Below are positions 25,649 through 37,739 of a DNA stretch of 64,000 nt, piece after piece. The stretch comes from Styela clava. Lineage: Eukaryota. Below the pieces are notes generated by a model that saw only the letters and a program-made list of their open reading frames with translations, made no database searches and had not been told where the DNA came from. The position numbers were made by a program, and so were the translations under genes. The DNA lies in contig NC_135259.1 in the NCBI RefSeq assembly GCF_964204865.1, positions 10,664,001 to 10,728,000 on the forward strand. The letters run 5' to 3'. Positions within the stretch are counted from its first letter, which is position 1. Every line of letters begins with the position of its first letter.

Positions 25649-26110
25649 TCAGTTCCCTTGGTATCGGCCCTCACATAATAACACGTTTGGGTTAGATGTT
25701 TTCAATGCCGATGAACCCACGTCCCTTGGCGAGTTCGGATCAATGGAGATTGCTCTCATTTTCTTCCGAACTTTTGCCTTTCTTGTCCTAGTAAAATGTA
25801 TGTACTTTCGCGTCAGGGATCGCGTCGCCAACCTAGTTTGTAGTATGGATTCTACGTTTTTTGCTCGCGTTACATGCTATAGTGTTTTGTTACTAGAATA
25901 GTCATTATATGCTGGCGCAGTTCACATCTGGCCGTACGCTGATGCTAAGCCACTTTCTGTAACGATAACCCCTTCACTGCCTTGCATTACTCCCTGCGAG
26001 TAAGTCTTTTGGTATCTGACGCAAAGTTGTTTCTGTGAAGCATTCTGCAGTTGCTCCCATGGGTGGAAACCTTCGCTCGCAAATGAGCATTACCCAAGTC
26101 TGCAGTGGGT
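25649..26110 (-). pseudogene. Tpt1/KptA-like RNA 2'-phosphotransferase domain at the 3' end of retroelement pol
   Basis: L*HVTRAKNVESILQTRLATRSLTRKYIHFT...VRK..ISID...DVG...TSNPNVLLCEG matches the Tpt1 C-lobe pattern (HxT, SIL.xGL, RxxIH, R, ID, N.VLL..G). Upstream PMGA...SNARQ.R...SAYGQ weakly resembles the N-lobe. Confidence 0.7.
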
Positions 26111-29100
26111 TACCAAGACGCACTGTATTTTCTCTCTTCTTTCTCTTTTTTTTGTCTTTTAGCGTAGCGTGCATTTTGTTCTTTGTTTTGTCTGGCGACA
26201 TAGTATGTGTGGCCCACGCGCCTGTTTCATTTGACGTAAAGGACATTTCCATTCAGAATGCGCGAGGAAGACCATCGGAGGTAAAAACTATTTGAAATCC
26301 TGATAAGTGATTCAGCCATCTTTGTATCATTATTGGGTTTTTCGAGTTCTCTTTCATTCTCTTTAGTGGGCCAAATACTCCCGTATTGTCTGTTTTGATA
26401 ATGAATGGTATTGCGTACAGAATAGACTGCCACTTATCCACCGACTTGTTCAACAATTTTAAACCTTTGTACATGAGTCATACGCTCTTGCCGCTGGAGT
26501 GATCCATTTCTGGCTGAGGTTCCTTCCCCTTTACTGTTTGGAACTGGATTGCACCAAACCAATTTTCCGAAGCATTTGTCTCGATGTATAACGGGAATTT
26601 CTGATAGACATGGTATAATATTCTTGTGTTGTTCAATTGACTTTGTGCGATTTTATATTCTTCCACTGATTTATTAGTCCACATTACTGGCGTTACCCTA
26701 CCACGCGTGGCAGGTACTTTCTTAGAGCGTCGAACTTCGCCAGTTTCAGGCTTAGCGCAGCAGGGATATGACCTGATATACACCATAAGGATTCAATCCA
26801 GCATCTAATTTCGTATATATTCCGAGGTGGAGCCAACGTATATGTAATCCTTCTACAGCTATTCCGAGGAAGGCGTTTGATACTTCTGTCACATCGCAAT
26901 GAAAATAGGCTTTCTTTATGCCAAGAAGCGTTAGCACTTCCCTTTCCTGGGCCATTTGCGGGGGTGGTATTTCAATCGGTTTAATTGCAGCATTAAAGTT
27001 TGAAGATTTTGTACGACCCTCCAAGATTATTGCCAGCTTGCTTTAGTCGCTTATTCATCTTCTAGGGCGCTACAAATATCGCTAGTTTCCTTTATGAAAA
27101 CACCGTCTCTATTACTCCGAGGTCCAAGAAATATTTCACGGCTCCTTCGAGTGCTTGGCCCTTTCCCTTCAGGTTGTACAGTCCCGAGACAAAATGTTTT
27201 ACTGCCGACTTCTTTAACTCTATGTGTCCAGCTTTTGCGGCGATGATAAGTGACCCTTTAGGTCTTCTAATTCCCTGGCATAGGGGCCATTTACTTGCCC
27301 GTCCATCCTTCTTCCGAGATTATGGTATTTTCAGGTTAATTAAGTTCTGATTGGCATAGACTTCTTTTGCAAGGGCTATCGCCTCAGCGCCCAACCTTTG
27401 CCATTCTTCTCTTACTTTGTTTGGCGTGCCTTCTTTCAATATATAATTTCTTATTAGTTCGTACGTCGTAACTTGTCTATTTGGTTTAAGCATGACGGAT
27501 GATTTTCCTGCACTCCGTGAGTCACTCTTAGGTTCCCCGACTGTCATTGCCAAATCACTCATGCACGACGATGAGTTATTCATTTCTGTGGTTATCGATT
27601 GCAAGACTTGCACCTGTCCCAGTCATCCGAGTCCAAATTAGAGGAATCTCTTTCCACGTGACAAAAGGAACTTCAAGCCCATCCATATTTACTATCATTA
27701 GTAAATTTACTTGGCAACATTCTCCTATGCCCTTTAGGTTCATAGTAAGGGGTCGGCGGTTTTCCCAACTTGGATTATTTTGCTATTTTCATTGTCATTA
27801 ATTTCGGTACAGCTGAAAATATGGCTCCATTTTTTCATCCCCTAAATACATTAGTTCCCCCCCACCACCCTTTCACAAAAATACCAATAAAATTTATGTC
27901 ATCAGAGTTTTTCGGCCTCCCCAAAAAGCTGAAAAGAGGCAGGTTTTCATAGTTCATAATATTTAAACATTAAACATTCACAGGGTAAAGTTTTTTCGGG
28001 AAGTTGATGTACCGGTCCCATCAACTTCCGTACTAGTTTTCCGCCAAATCCAGGCCTTGCTTCATCTTGGATAAAGTTAATCGGGGCTGTTGCTGCATTG
28101 ATTGTAGCTCGAGTTAGTTGCGAGTTCCAGTGCGACCTCTTTCACCAATGGGTTCTATCCCGGGTTTTTGGTCTGTACCCGAAATATCTCTCACACAGGC
28201 TAGCTCTTTCCTCTAATGTTGGGGCCCTTGGGAGTCAAGGTACTTATTCAACTAATTTACATCGCGTAACCAAACCATCAGCGGATGGCAACCGTTTAGG
28301 AATCGGGACCACTTTTCCTCGCATTCTTGTAATAAATTATCAGCAATTTTCTCATTCTTGGCTTTATTACCCATTCTTCCTTATCATTTTTGTTCAATGC
28401 TATATTATTGATCCATAGCATTGATTTTACCATGCATGTTAGTCGCGATGTACCCAGGTGCCTTGCACAGGTAACACACTGATAGTGATTGACCGTTACT
28501 CGGTATGATGTACAGCCCAAGCGCTGCGAAAATGTTTGGTTGCGCTAAAAAATCATTTCGCCCACCTTCTTCATTTGCTAACACTGCGAGAGGTTGTTTC
28601 ATGATCAGTCAATTGATGCTGTCGTGACCCTTGTTGCTGAGGATATGTTCGTGGCGATGTTTGCTGTGAGCATTATTGTGGTGGCGTACTCTGTGGAGAT
28701 GATCGCGATGGCTTAATTCGCCCTCTCTCTCCTCTCTGGGTTTGAGACATTTTCCACGGTCTCTCTTTCTTTTTTGCTTGCCTTGTTATGGGCGCTATTG
28801 TCCGCTGAGTCGACAATTCGCTATTTACAGGGTACGAATGGTTCAGATATCCTTGCAGCGATGGGTGTATATTATATACATTCACCGGTGGGGGTGTGTA
28901 TGCCGGTTGCGACACGAGCATCGTTGCTATTAGCGAGTTGACCGAGGCGTTCGGATATCTTCCTCGCCTGTTCGTTGCCCCTACGGCTTGGTTATCCAAC
29001 AACTCGAAAATTCCAAAATTTTGTGGCAACCTTTCTCCAAGTATAACGTTTTTTGAACCAAATAAACACCATTTTTTATAAATGAATTTGTAAGTATGAC

Positions 29101-30182
29101 ATATAAACATACAATACTGGAGTCTTCCACGTGAGGACTGGTATTCTAGACTGGCGAGTCGGTTCTTCGGTGATGCTTCAGTAGCCTTGTTCCTAATCAA
29201 TACTTATTTCATTAGTTAATCAGGATGGGAAACGACTAAGGCTACTTGCAGTTTGCGTTTCCCCTAAGTGCTGTCTTTCCACGGCGTTCCTTTGACGTAG
29301 TGCATTCTTTGTCCTGTCCCTTTTGCAGACATACAGAAACAAATTCCGATGTTCACCGGTCCCGTCGACAAAGGTCCTCGCCCTTGTATGTCAATCTTTG
29401 TCTACACCAACTCGAGCCTCAGAACGACCCGATTCTGCCTATCTTATTTACTTTAATGGTTTAAACCTTAATACAACCAAATACTCCAATATTAGTTTGG
29501 TATACAAATATATACAAAACACAATTTAACCAAACTAATATACACATTTAATATATTAGACCGTTGTCTACAAAACATTTTATAACACCAGCTTGATCTC
29601 AGAAATAATATATTTATCATTCAATATTCTCAATATATACTAATCACATAATACTTTGACAAATGTCATGTTATGAAATATTCGATATACATTGGAATAT
29701 CATTACACACGCGAAAGATATTCGGCATATGATGTAAAATACTGTAACAAAATCACATTGTTCATCGATGTTAGTATTACCATATAAAACACAAGACCTA
29801 ACGTAGGGTGCTTGTGCAAAATCAACCATAGACCTTCAAGGATTTTAAATCGGTGTAAATTTCCCATTATAAACACCTAATATGGTGCGTTGGACTTGTG
29901 AAAATGTAATCTGACATGGCCATTGCTCCCAAAACAATCCCAATGGTGCCTCCTTTTTTCAAGTGTTTTTTTCTGCATCGTTATTTACCCGTATATAGGT
30001 ATGTATACAACTTAGAACTTACTGGTAACTACATTCGGGTTCTTTTCATTATTTTTTAAAATGCTGGGGGACAATTGTTTAAAGACACTTATGTCGATAA
30101 CATTCAGCAACAGACACCTCGATTTACAATGAAATAAACCATAAGTTAGTTGCCAACATTTATATTATAAACAGGACGATAA

Positions 30183-32244
30183 CACTGGCCACGCATGTTT
30201 AGTGCCCAAGGTTTCTAAGCTGATTTAGGTTAATTTAGGGGTGGTGAGTACGAAAATTATACTAGTTTTCTCTCATCAGGTCAAATTGTTGAAATATTTG
30301 CTATTTTATAACTTTTTGGTGCTTGGGTTGTGTGTGCACCAAGATGACGCACAATCTGAATCTTTACCTGATACACGTACTATGTTCAGGTTGTGCGCCA
30401 ACTTGGTACACATTCTACTCAAGCGCCCCCTTTTTACCTTAAAATTAAGGGGATTTCTATATCCATTTCAGCGTTATAATTGCAAGTATAGGTTTTAATT
30501 AGGTTTTAATTGCAAGTATAGGTTTTATTGCCATACGATTATGACATCACCCACCTTAAAAGTAAAAGTCAAATTTGCTATATAAAGAGATAAAGTGGAC
30601 ACCGTGTAGCAAATAAGCCTGCCGATTGTTGCATATTTTGTTAAGTAAGACATGAAATAAACAAGCTGCTATGTTTTGCTTCAGTTGCAGATGTTTGGAG
30701 CAAAAATTAAGCATGGCTACATCTCTTCTCCAAGGCGACATTGTTTAAACAATTTGAATTTATTTTGCTATATTGCGGAGAATATACATTGCAATCCAAC
30801 AGAAAAAGGATCAGTAAATTTGTGAAGTGTGCTTATCTTGCCTACTTCAATGTTATGCTGGGTGATCAGGATAAGGTATGGGCACCACATATTGTATGCA
30901 AGCAATGTGTTGAGCATCTTCCATAGTGAACAAAAATGGATAGAAAGTCACTCTGTTTTGGTATTTTAATGGTCTTGAAAAATTATTTTGATGACTGCTA
31001 CATCTGTGCAGTAAACACGAGGGTAATCAATAGGAAGAACGGTAGATCGTTAGTTTATTCAAACCTCGAGTCTGCAATTAGACTAATTCCACAATACAAT
31101 GAAATTCCTTTTCCAGTGTTTGAAGGCTTGCTCGAATTGGAATTGCCTGGCTCTGAAGAAGACTAAACCTCCGTTTTGTCCACTGATAGTAGTGAATGCG
31201 CTGTTTCAGACGTCGGTTTTTATTCTTTTTCACTGCCATAGTATTTTTCTCGTGGATAACTGAATGATCTGACTAGAGATTTCAACTTTTCCAAAGAATC
31301 TCCTGAATTTCCAGTTCCAAGACTCTCATAACCTTCTATAGAAAACGCCTTATTGAATTTTGTCATATTTCACTCAGGAAAAAGACATAGTATATTGCAA
31401 CGACGTTGCCGGCTTGCTGCGGCAGCTTGGTGTCCAAAATTGAAGCCTTTTTATAAACAAATCCAAAAAAAGTTTAAAATGCGTTTTTCTTCACAATTCT
31501 GGCTCCTCCTTGGGTTGAGCGTTACAAAATTGTGTTTTCTCCTCTTACATAAAGCTTGGCAGTTTGTGAATGCTCTTGAGAAAGATGGCGATTGTTTCAA
31601 ATATATTTGCAGGAAATTTTCAAGTCTAGCCGCAGAAAAATTAAAAGCTGGAATTTTTGATGGACCCCAGATTCGAAAGTTAATTATTGATGCAACTTTC
31701 TGTAATTTTATGAATGCATGAACGGCGTTTACAAATGTAGTAAATTTTTTTGAGGGGAAATTAGAGGCGCCCAACGACAAAGACTTTGTTGAAAAACTAC
31801 TCACGAGTCTCCGTCAACTTGGTGCAAATATAAGCATCAAGTTGCATATTTTGCACAGCCATCTTGCCTGTTTTCCAGAAAACTTGTTGGTCTATTAAGC
31901 GCGATGATGCCGGGGCCTCCCATTCTGGAAAATCAGCGAAACGTCAATTTATAGTTGATGGCATCTATTAGTTAGCATTTATTACAACAATTATTTACTA
32001 ATTGTAAATATTTTGGTGAGATTCCATAAATAAGTTCAATGCATTTACAGAAAAATGTTGTTTTCTTCAATTTGTTTATCTTTATGGTAGCTATCGGTCA
32101 TCCTGCAGAGAGTTGTATACCATAAAAGAAAAACTAGACCTGATAGAGAAAAAGTAACAGCATTTCTGGAATCAGCGCCCTCAAATTTGCTGAAAATGGT
32201 TAAAACATCTTAGGCTCCATAAAATTTTTTTTCGTCGGCTAGTG
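30183..32244 (+). mobile_element. Chapaev3-like (CMC superfamily) DNA transposon, decayed
   Basis: Ends CACTGGCC / GGCTAGTG with TAA TSD (30180-30182, 32245-32247); transposase motifs CGEYT, LGDQDKVWAPHIVC, DDCYIC, KLKAGIFDGPQIRKL, SIKLHILHSHL..FPENL; multiple stops. Confidence 0.85.
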
Positions 32245-32419
32245 TAATATATGTTGCACACATCAGCCATTTTGTTTTCGCCTCGTGGCCGCCATTTTGT
32301 TCTTAGGTCTGGTTATATTAGGAATTTTCAACTGTTCCATTTTACAATTATTTATGGGTTTTAATGTACAAGTTGACTTTTTATATAAACTTCTGTTTTG
32401 TGTGGGTTATTTGCAAAAC

Positions 32420-33310
32420 TTACTAATTTTGTAGTGACAAATTTCACGATAATGATAGTGCAACAATAGAAGTATTTCTTAAATTCTTCGATGATTTAGT
32501 CTTTGAACCAGTGATGGTGAAGAAACAAATAGGTCCGCTCAACAACATGTACAATGCCACATCAAGTATGGCAATATGGACTGATACCATAATGGAAGAA
32601 ATGAAAACATTTTCGAGGCTTACTCTGCTTATAGGTCTCATACAATACCCGAAGAAAAAAAAGTATTGGAAAAAAGATCCACGTTAGTATCATCTCATTT
32701 CCCACCAAGTTGGCATGAGCTACAACAGATTTGCCTTCCTACTGAGAAATTGGCACGTAGCAAATAACCTCAACGCTCAACAAAGTGATCGATTGCATAA
32801 AGTTGCAAAGTTTTTACAGTTGTTCATTTCAAATATCAATCGATTTATGTGCTTACAGGTAAAATACCAGTGAATGAAACTATGATCTCTCACAACAAGA
32901 ACAGCAAGTGTCGGACAAAGGCCTAAAAAAATTCTCATGCTCCAAGCCAAATCCTCAAAAGAACAGATGAAAAAATCTCCAGGAAGATATGCCATCGCTA
33001 TTATGAAAACGATTTACATGAGAACTATTGATGTGGACCCTGACATTGGGTTGATATTTTGCATTCAAAACTTTCGTTTGTATGTTTTTTCCTCATGATT
33101 GTATGTGCCAATGTGGAACATTCGATTTGTGCAGTGCATGTAGATATGATAAAATGCAAATGCTTCACACGTTCTGAGCAATAAATTTCTTTTCTATGAT
33201 AAGGTCTAACGTTTTCTGTGCTGTTTAAAAAACTGGCTTTTTTGCATCACATGCGATGCACCGACGTCAGAGCAGTATGTCATGTGTATCACATTTAATG
33301 CATCCCTTAA
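32420..33310 (+). mobile_element. piggyBac (PGBD4-like) remnant, internally deleted
   Basis: EMKTF..LTLLIGLI...YW...MSYNRF..LLRNWH...DRLHKV...V(D/N)ETMI, followed by a Cys-rich tail; inverted sister copy at 37740-38950. Confidence 0.75.
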
Positions 33311-33419
33311 AATAAGTCCATCTTTAAAAGATATTATCTATGCAACATCAAATCAACAACTACTCTTGTTGAATTTTTTTTTTAATATATATTGAATGAG
33401 GAAATTTCTTTCTGATATC

Positions 33420-34000
33420 AAATTGAAGGGACCGATGAGAAAAGAAAACTTGCGGGGAAGTACAAGAGTGAATCGAAAAAACGCGTAATTTATTCATACG
33501 TGAAGAATTGTTGGTAGGTATATTTAATTTCGATTATATATTTGAAAATTTTAATAAAGAATATATATAATAAGGAATACGGCAAGATATTTGCCGTTCG
33601 TGAATTGTGCTAAATATGTCTATACTCTATATGTTTTAGTATAAAAACTTAAATCGCTATAGTGATAGCGTTTATTCTACTATAATTCAAAATTGAGATT
33701 GCTTAAGGATTGGACTGGTCCTCCATACACATCCTCCGTTTTATTACAAAAGAGTCTATGCGTTACTATAACACACTTAATTTTTATTTTGTTTTGGTGA
33801 TACACACAAGATATCGCGATTCCGAAATATGAACCATTCAAAAAAAAAAAAAGATGTGTGCTTACTGAATGAAAAAAACTTAAATAATGGAACATCACCT
33901 AGAATTGAGTCAACCAATATCAATTCACCTGTAATATTTGTTGTTATAGCTGACTCTGTATTTATTGTTACATCATTTGCGGCGGAATTTTCTTTGTAAT
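33420..34000 (+). pseudogene. Orphan exons 19 and 20 of a diverged monooxygenase paralogue
   Basis: 33421-33513 translates like exon 19 (TDEKRKLAGKYKSESKKR). ~33797-34000 translates like exon 20 (YTQDIAIPKYEPFK...IFVVIADSVFIVTSFAAEFSL*). Acceptor sites and frames are damaged. Confidence 0.8.
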
Positions 34001-34199
34001 TGTACCCTGGAGCATGTTAATGTTTCCGAGTTGTCTCGAGCAACTTTGTCATTCTATATTGCATTTTTCAAACTCTTTGTTTTGGGACTTATTTAGGAAT
34101 TTGTTCTGGGACTTATTTAACGAACTATAGAACATGTTACGAATATGACACGGCGAGAAAAACATGTTATACAGGTGATTGATGATGGAAACTTGGCAT

Positions 34200-34835
34200 A
34201 ACTAGTTCACTCACTTTTAAAGTATTAACTTCAAACCTGATAAAAAGAATTAAAACAATAAGAGTGCATAGTATATCCACTACACAGAGAGTTCTTTTGT
34301 GCTTTTTGGTACAAGATATTTTTGTACATGGGTAAATTGTTTTCCAAGATTTGTAATCTAATTCACCCTAAGATATTTTTACTGCAAATAGGTTTGCTAT
34401 ATAGTCATTGATGTTTTCACTCCACATTCACGGAAGCCCCCTTTTGATTTCATATACTACCATATCGGAGGGTTCAAACACATAGGTAGATCCGAAAAGG
34501 TGAATATTTTTGGGCAGTAATAATCGGAAAAGCCATTTCTTTTCCGTGGAGTTTGAGACTAAGTGATTCCAAATGATGCATATTATCAGTCAGAAAAGTT
34601 GTACGTGATATGACTGATAAGTCATCTTGCACTAGTGCAATTCTACTCTACGAAGCGTTTGAGAAAATTTCTCAGACATTGACGCCTCACTTTCACATGC
34701 ATTACCATGTCAATATATGAACTTTCAAACTTATCAACCAATGAACGAATCCGTCTGTGTTTCAATGCGTGAGCAATAGTAAAATTACCTGTTCGTTTCA
34801 CAGAATCCCTTGTCACTTCGATCTGCACAATTGCT
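34200..34835 (-). mobile_element. hAT (Charlie/GTF2IRD2-like) transposase remnant
   Basis: HALKHRRIRSLVDKFESSYIDMVMHVKVRRQCLRNFLKRFVE resembles the family's ALNHRQF...H..VRWLSRG..LKRF segment; left boundary uncertain. Confidence 0.55.
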
Positions 34836-34841
34836 CTAGAT

Positions 34842-35000
34842 CAGTGTTTCTTCATCTGGGTTCGATCGAACAGCTGGCGTACGGTATATCAGTTCCAGGG
34901 CTTCGATGAAAATCATATGAAACAGTTGTATATATATCTTAAAACATTTTTATTAACCACACTACTAATAATGCTAAAAAAGCTATTTGTTGTATTAGGA
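34842..35000. mobile_element. One end of a hAT MITE
   Basis: CAGTGTTTCTTCATCTGGGTTCGATCGAAC follows CTCTAGAT and resembles the start of the MITE at 56511; partner end not found. Confidence 0.45.
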
Positions 35001-35339
35001 AAAAATAAAAACTAGATTGTCAGATGCTTGCTGATGATCGAATTAATCTTCTCTGTTCATTGTCTCGATGTTTTACAAGTAAAAACACGTTGCATTCTCA
35101 CATGTTTCCATCCCCGATAAAAATATTCCCAACCAATTCTCATTAATTGAAGAATTAAATGAATATGAAATCAAAATAACACGAACTAATCGCAAATGAA
35201 ATGGACAAGGATATGAGCTAACTGCACGGCCGCATGGAAATTAACAATGAACAAATGTTTTATTTCATTCATCAGTATTCTTATATAGATAAAAATTGTA
35301 AAAGCTCATAGCTTTTGAAAAAAAAAAATACATCTTGTA

Positions 35340-36260
35340 TCCTGTTAACAGATGCCGAATCGAATGCTGAGATAAAGGTTAAACAACTGGCGGTGTTAGG
35401 AGTGCTATCCAGTATAACGGACGGTATAAAATTTCTGCGAGACAAAAGGTTATTAGCAAGTCATATGCATTGTTCAAAGTGCAAGAGAGTTATGACTGAA
35501 GAGATTACGAAAACAAATAAATTAGATGTTGTGAGATGGCGTTGCAGGCAAAATGACTGTAGAAATACTGCAGTCATTCGAACGAATTCATTTTTAAAAA
35601 GGAGTAAAATTGATTTAATGAATTTGATAATATTAATTTACTGCCGAGCTATAGACATACCGCAACGATAGATATCTTACGAACCGATGTACGCCCGCGC
35701 ATTGTAGTCGATTGGCTACATTTTTGTACAAAATATTGATAAGTTCGACCGAATTGATAAGAGAATTTAAACGAATCGTAGAACCGAGTTTAGTTGTGGC
35801 CATCGACAGCTAATCGAAAAAGAAATTTGGTTATTTGGAGGAATATGTAGACGAACAAAAGAATTATTCATTGAACTAGTGCCGAAAACAGGTGGAACAA
35901 AAGCCACAATGGAAGATTTGATAAAGTCAAATAGTGAGCCCGGTACGAAATATGGAGCGATTGTTTTGCCTTCTATTGCGATATAGTAAAAATGGGACTA
36001 GGGTATAAACATCGGACGGTAAATAATAGCAAAATGTACATTACCGATGAAGGCGTCCAAACTAATGAAATTGAAAACAATTAATCAAATGGCAGAGAAA
36101 AGTCCAAGTGAATGCATGGGGTAAAAATGGCGATGATTGTCCTTACCTAGATGAGTAGCAGTGGAGGCGAAAGTATCCTTACCATACACATTTCATGAAG
36201 ATATTTGAAGCAATATCAGTGGATCTTAAATATAACGTAAATGACTTGAGCAGTCAATAA
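35340..36260 (+). mobile_element. Merlin (IS1595/ISXO2-like) transposase pseudogene
   Basis: N-terminal CSKC...WRC...C zinc ribbon, then IWLFGGICRRTKELFIELV, PGT.IWSD, Y.HRTVN, G.QTNEIEN; frameshifted; TIRs not located. Confidence 0.85.
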
Positions 36261-37739
36261 GACGTTCATGCTATACAAAGAAAGGATTCGAGACTAATGT
36301 GTTTTACATTTTTACGAACTCTAAAAATAACCAAAGCGCTCTGTGATGAAAATCTTTTAATTTTGACTACGCCCATACAATGAGCAAAAAATTATTTTGT
36401 TTGTAATTAATTCCTTGAAGTAGCGGCTTTGCCTTAACTTACAAAATATGGCAGGGTGGCACGTGTTCCAGGGGAAAAATAAAAAATTTAACGACGATAA
36501 GAACTTATTGCACAACCCAAGCCGCCAACAAACGGCCAAATTCGAATATGTGGGAATAGTTCTCGCTTCGCTTCCGACACCGAAGGACCTCTGCTGCAAT
36601 ACCATGTCTACTTAGCCAACAAGTTGCAAATCGACGACTTTTAACGACAACTCATCATAAGCCGGAATGAACTCAACTCACGCATTTGAATAATAAAAAG
36701 TTATTCCTCGATCTTCAAATGGATTCATATTTTTTTATTAAAGGGGAGGGACATATTGATACCCGTCTGCGTACTCTAATGAATCTTGAAAACGGACTTA
36801 TGGTGATGTGTTAAAATTGTATATTTTGGTATTATTTTTTTTTACTATGTATTTTTTTTATTGTTACCGGCTGAGATAATGGCTGCCGGTAGAATATTTC
36901 AATATAAATTTTAAGCGTTTTTGTAATTATTATTACGCATTTGGTTTGTTTGTTTATTGTTACTTTTTTATTCTGAATCTTTCCGCTGAATAAACGAGCT
37001 CACGCATTATACTAATGGCTGAATTCTGCTGTATCTGTGCAAAAAGACTTAGACTTATACAATTCTTTGTATTTGCTACGTATTACTAAAGATGATACCG
37101 GGGAGGAAAAATAAGAATCCCTGAAACCAATTTTGAAAAAACAGTTTCATTGTATTATGGAAACCCGTTTAGGTTTTTAATATTTTATAATATTTACGAA
37201 AGTGCTGAGTTTAAATGTTATTTGTATTTGAAGCTACATAGATAGGGAATGTCATAGCCTATGGGATCATTGGAATTCTGAATACCAGACGTTCTCAAGA
37301 AAAAGCAGACATTATTATCTCGTAGTAAAACTACAATATTTACCGCAACGTCTAAAATAAAGTTAGGTAATTGAAATATTATGATAGTTTGCCAAAAGGC
37401 AGTTTTTACTATCAGATGAAACAAATTGTATGTAATTGGTAATTCCAAAAGGTTCATAAGAAATTGAAAATAAAAATTAATCGTGTGATAAAAAATCCAA
37501 TTCCGCATCTGCTTATCAAATTGAGTTTATAAATAACTCCTTTTTCAAACTTGTCATCTGACGTGAGAAAAGCCTATTCCCATTTCAATCAGTTCACACA
37601 TATTATGGAATTGAAATATTTTATGAATAAAACGTTGGAATTTCTAATTAATTTTAATTCAGAGCGTAGGTAGTGGTATTGTTATTTTATGTTTTTATTT
37701 GAATTACACACTACTATTGTATTATATTGTATTACGCTT

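Larger units (their letters stand above)
25481..29460 (-). mobile_element. Degenerate Ty3/gypsy-type LTR retrotransposon (gag-CCHC, protease, RT, RNase H, Tpt1/KptA-like domain, PPT, 3' LTR), copy 1
   Basis: Zinc knuckle CYLCKAPGYIATN (~28440-28480); protease-like NGAIFSAVP (~27800); RT FLDLGVIE...NAAIKPIEIPPP...TLLGIKKAYFHC (27150-26890); RNase H PLYIETNASE...TDNTG...RWLNHLSGF. Many stops and internal deletions; 5' boundary approximate. Confidence 0.85.

Noticed and set aside
25649-26110. Functional host TRPT1 gene
   Set aside because: Intronless, contains in-frame stops shared by both copies, and sits inside retroelement boundaries.
28673-29200. 175-aa ORF as an independent gene
   Set aside because: Lies in the gag region of the retroelement; the homologous mirror segment is frameshifted.
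25481-29460. DIRS/tyrosine-recombinase element or endogenous pararetrovirus
   Set aside because: A protease-like region, PPT and TG...CA LTR are present, and no tyrosine-recombinase or viral movement motifs were seen. Not fully excluded without an intact copy.
35340-36260. Bacterial IS1595 or contamination
   Set aside because: Decayed and embedded among eukaryotic TEs; the eukaryotic Merlin superfamily explains it.
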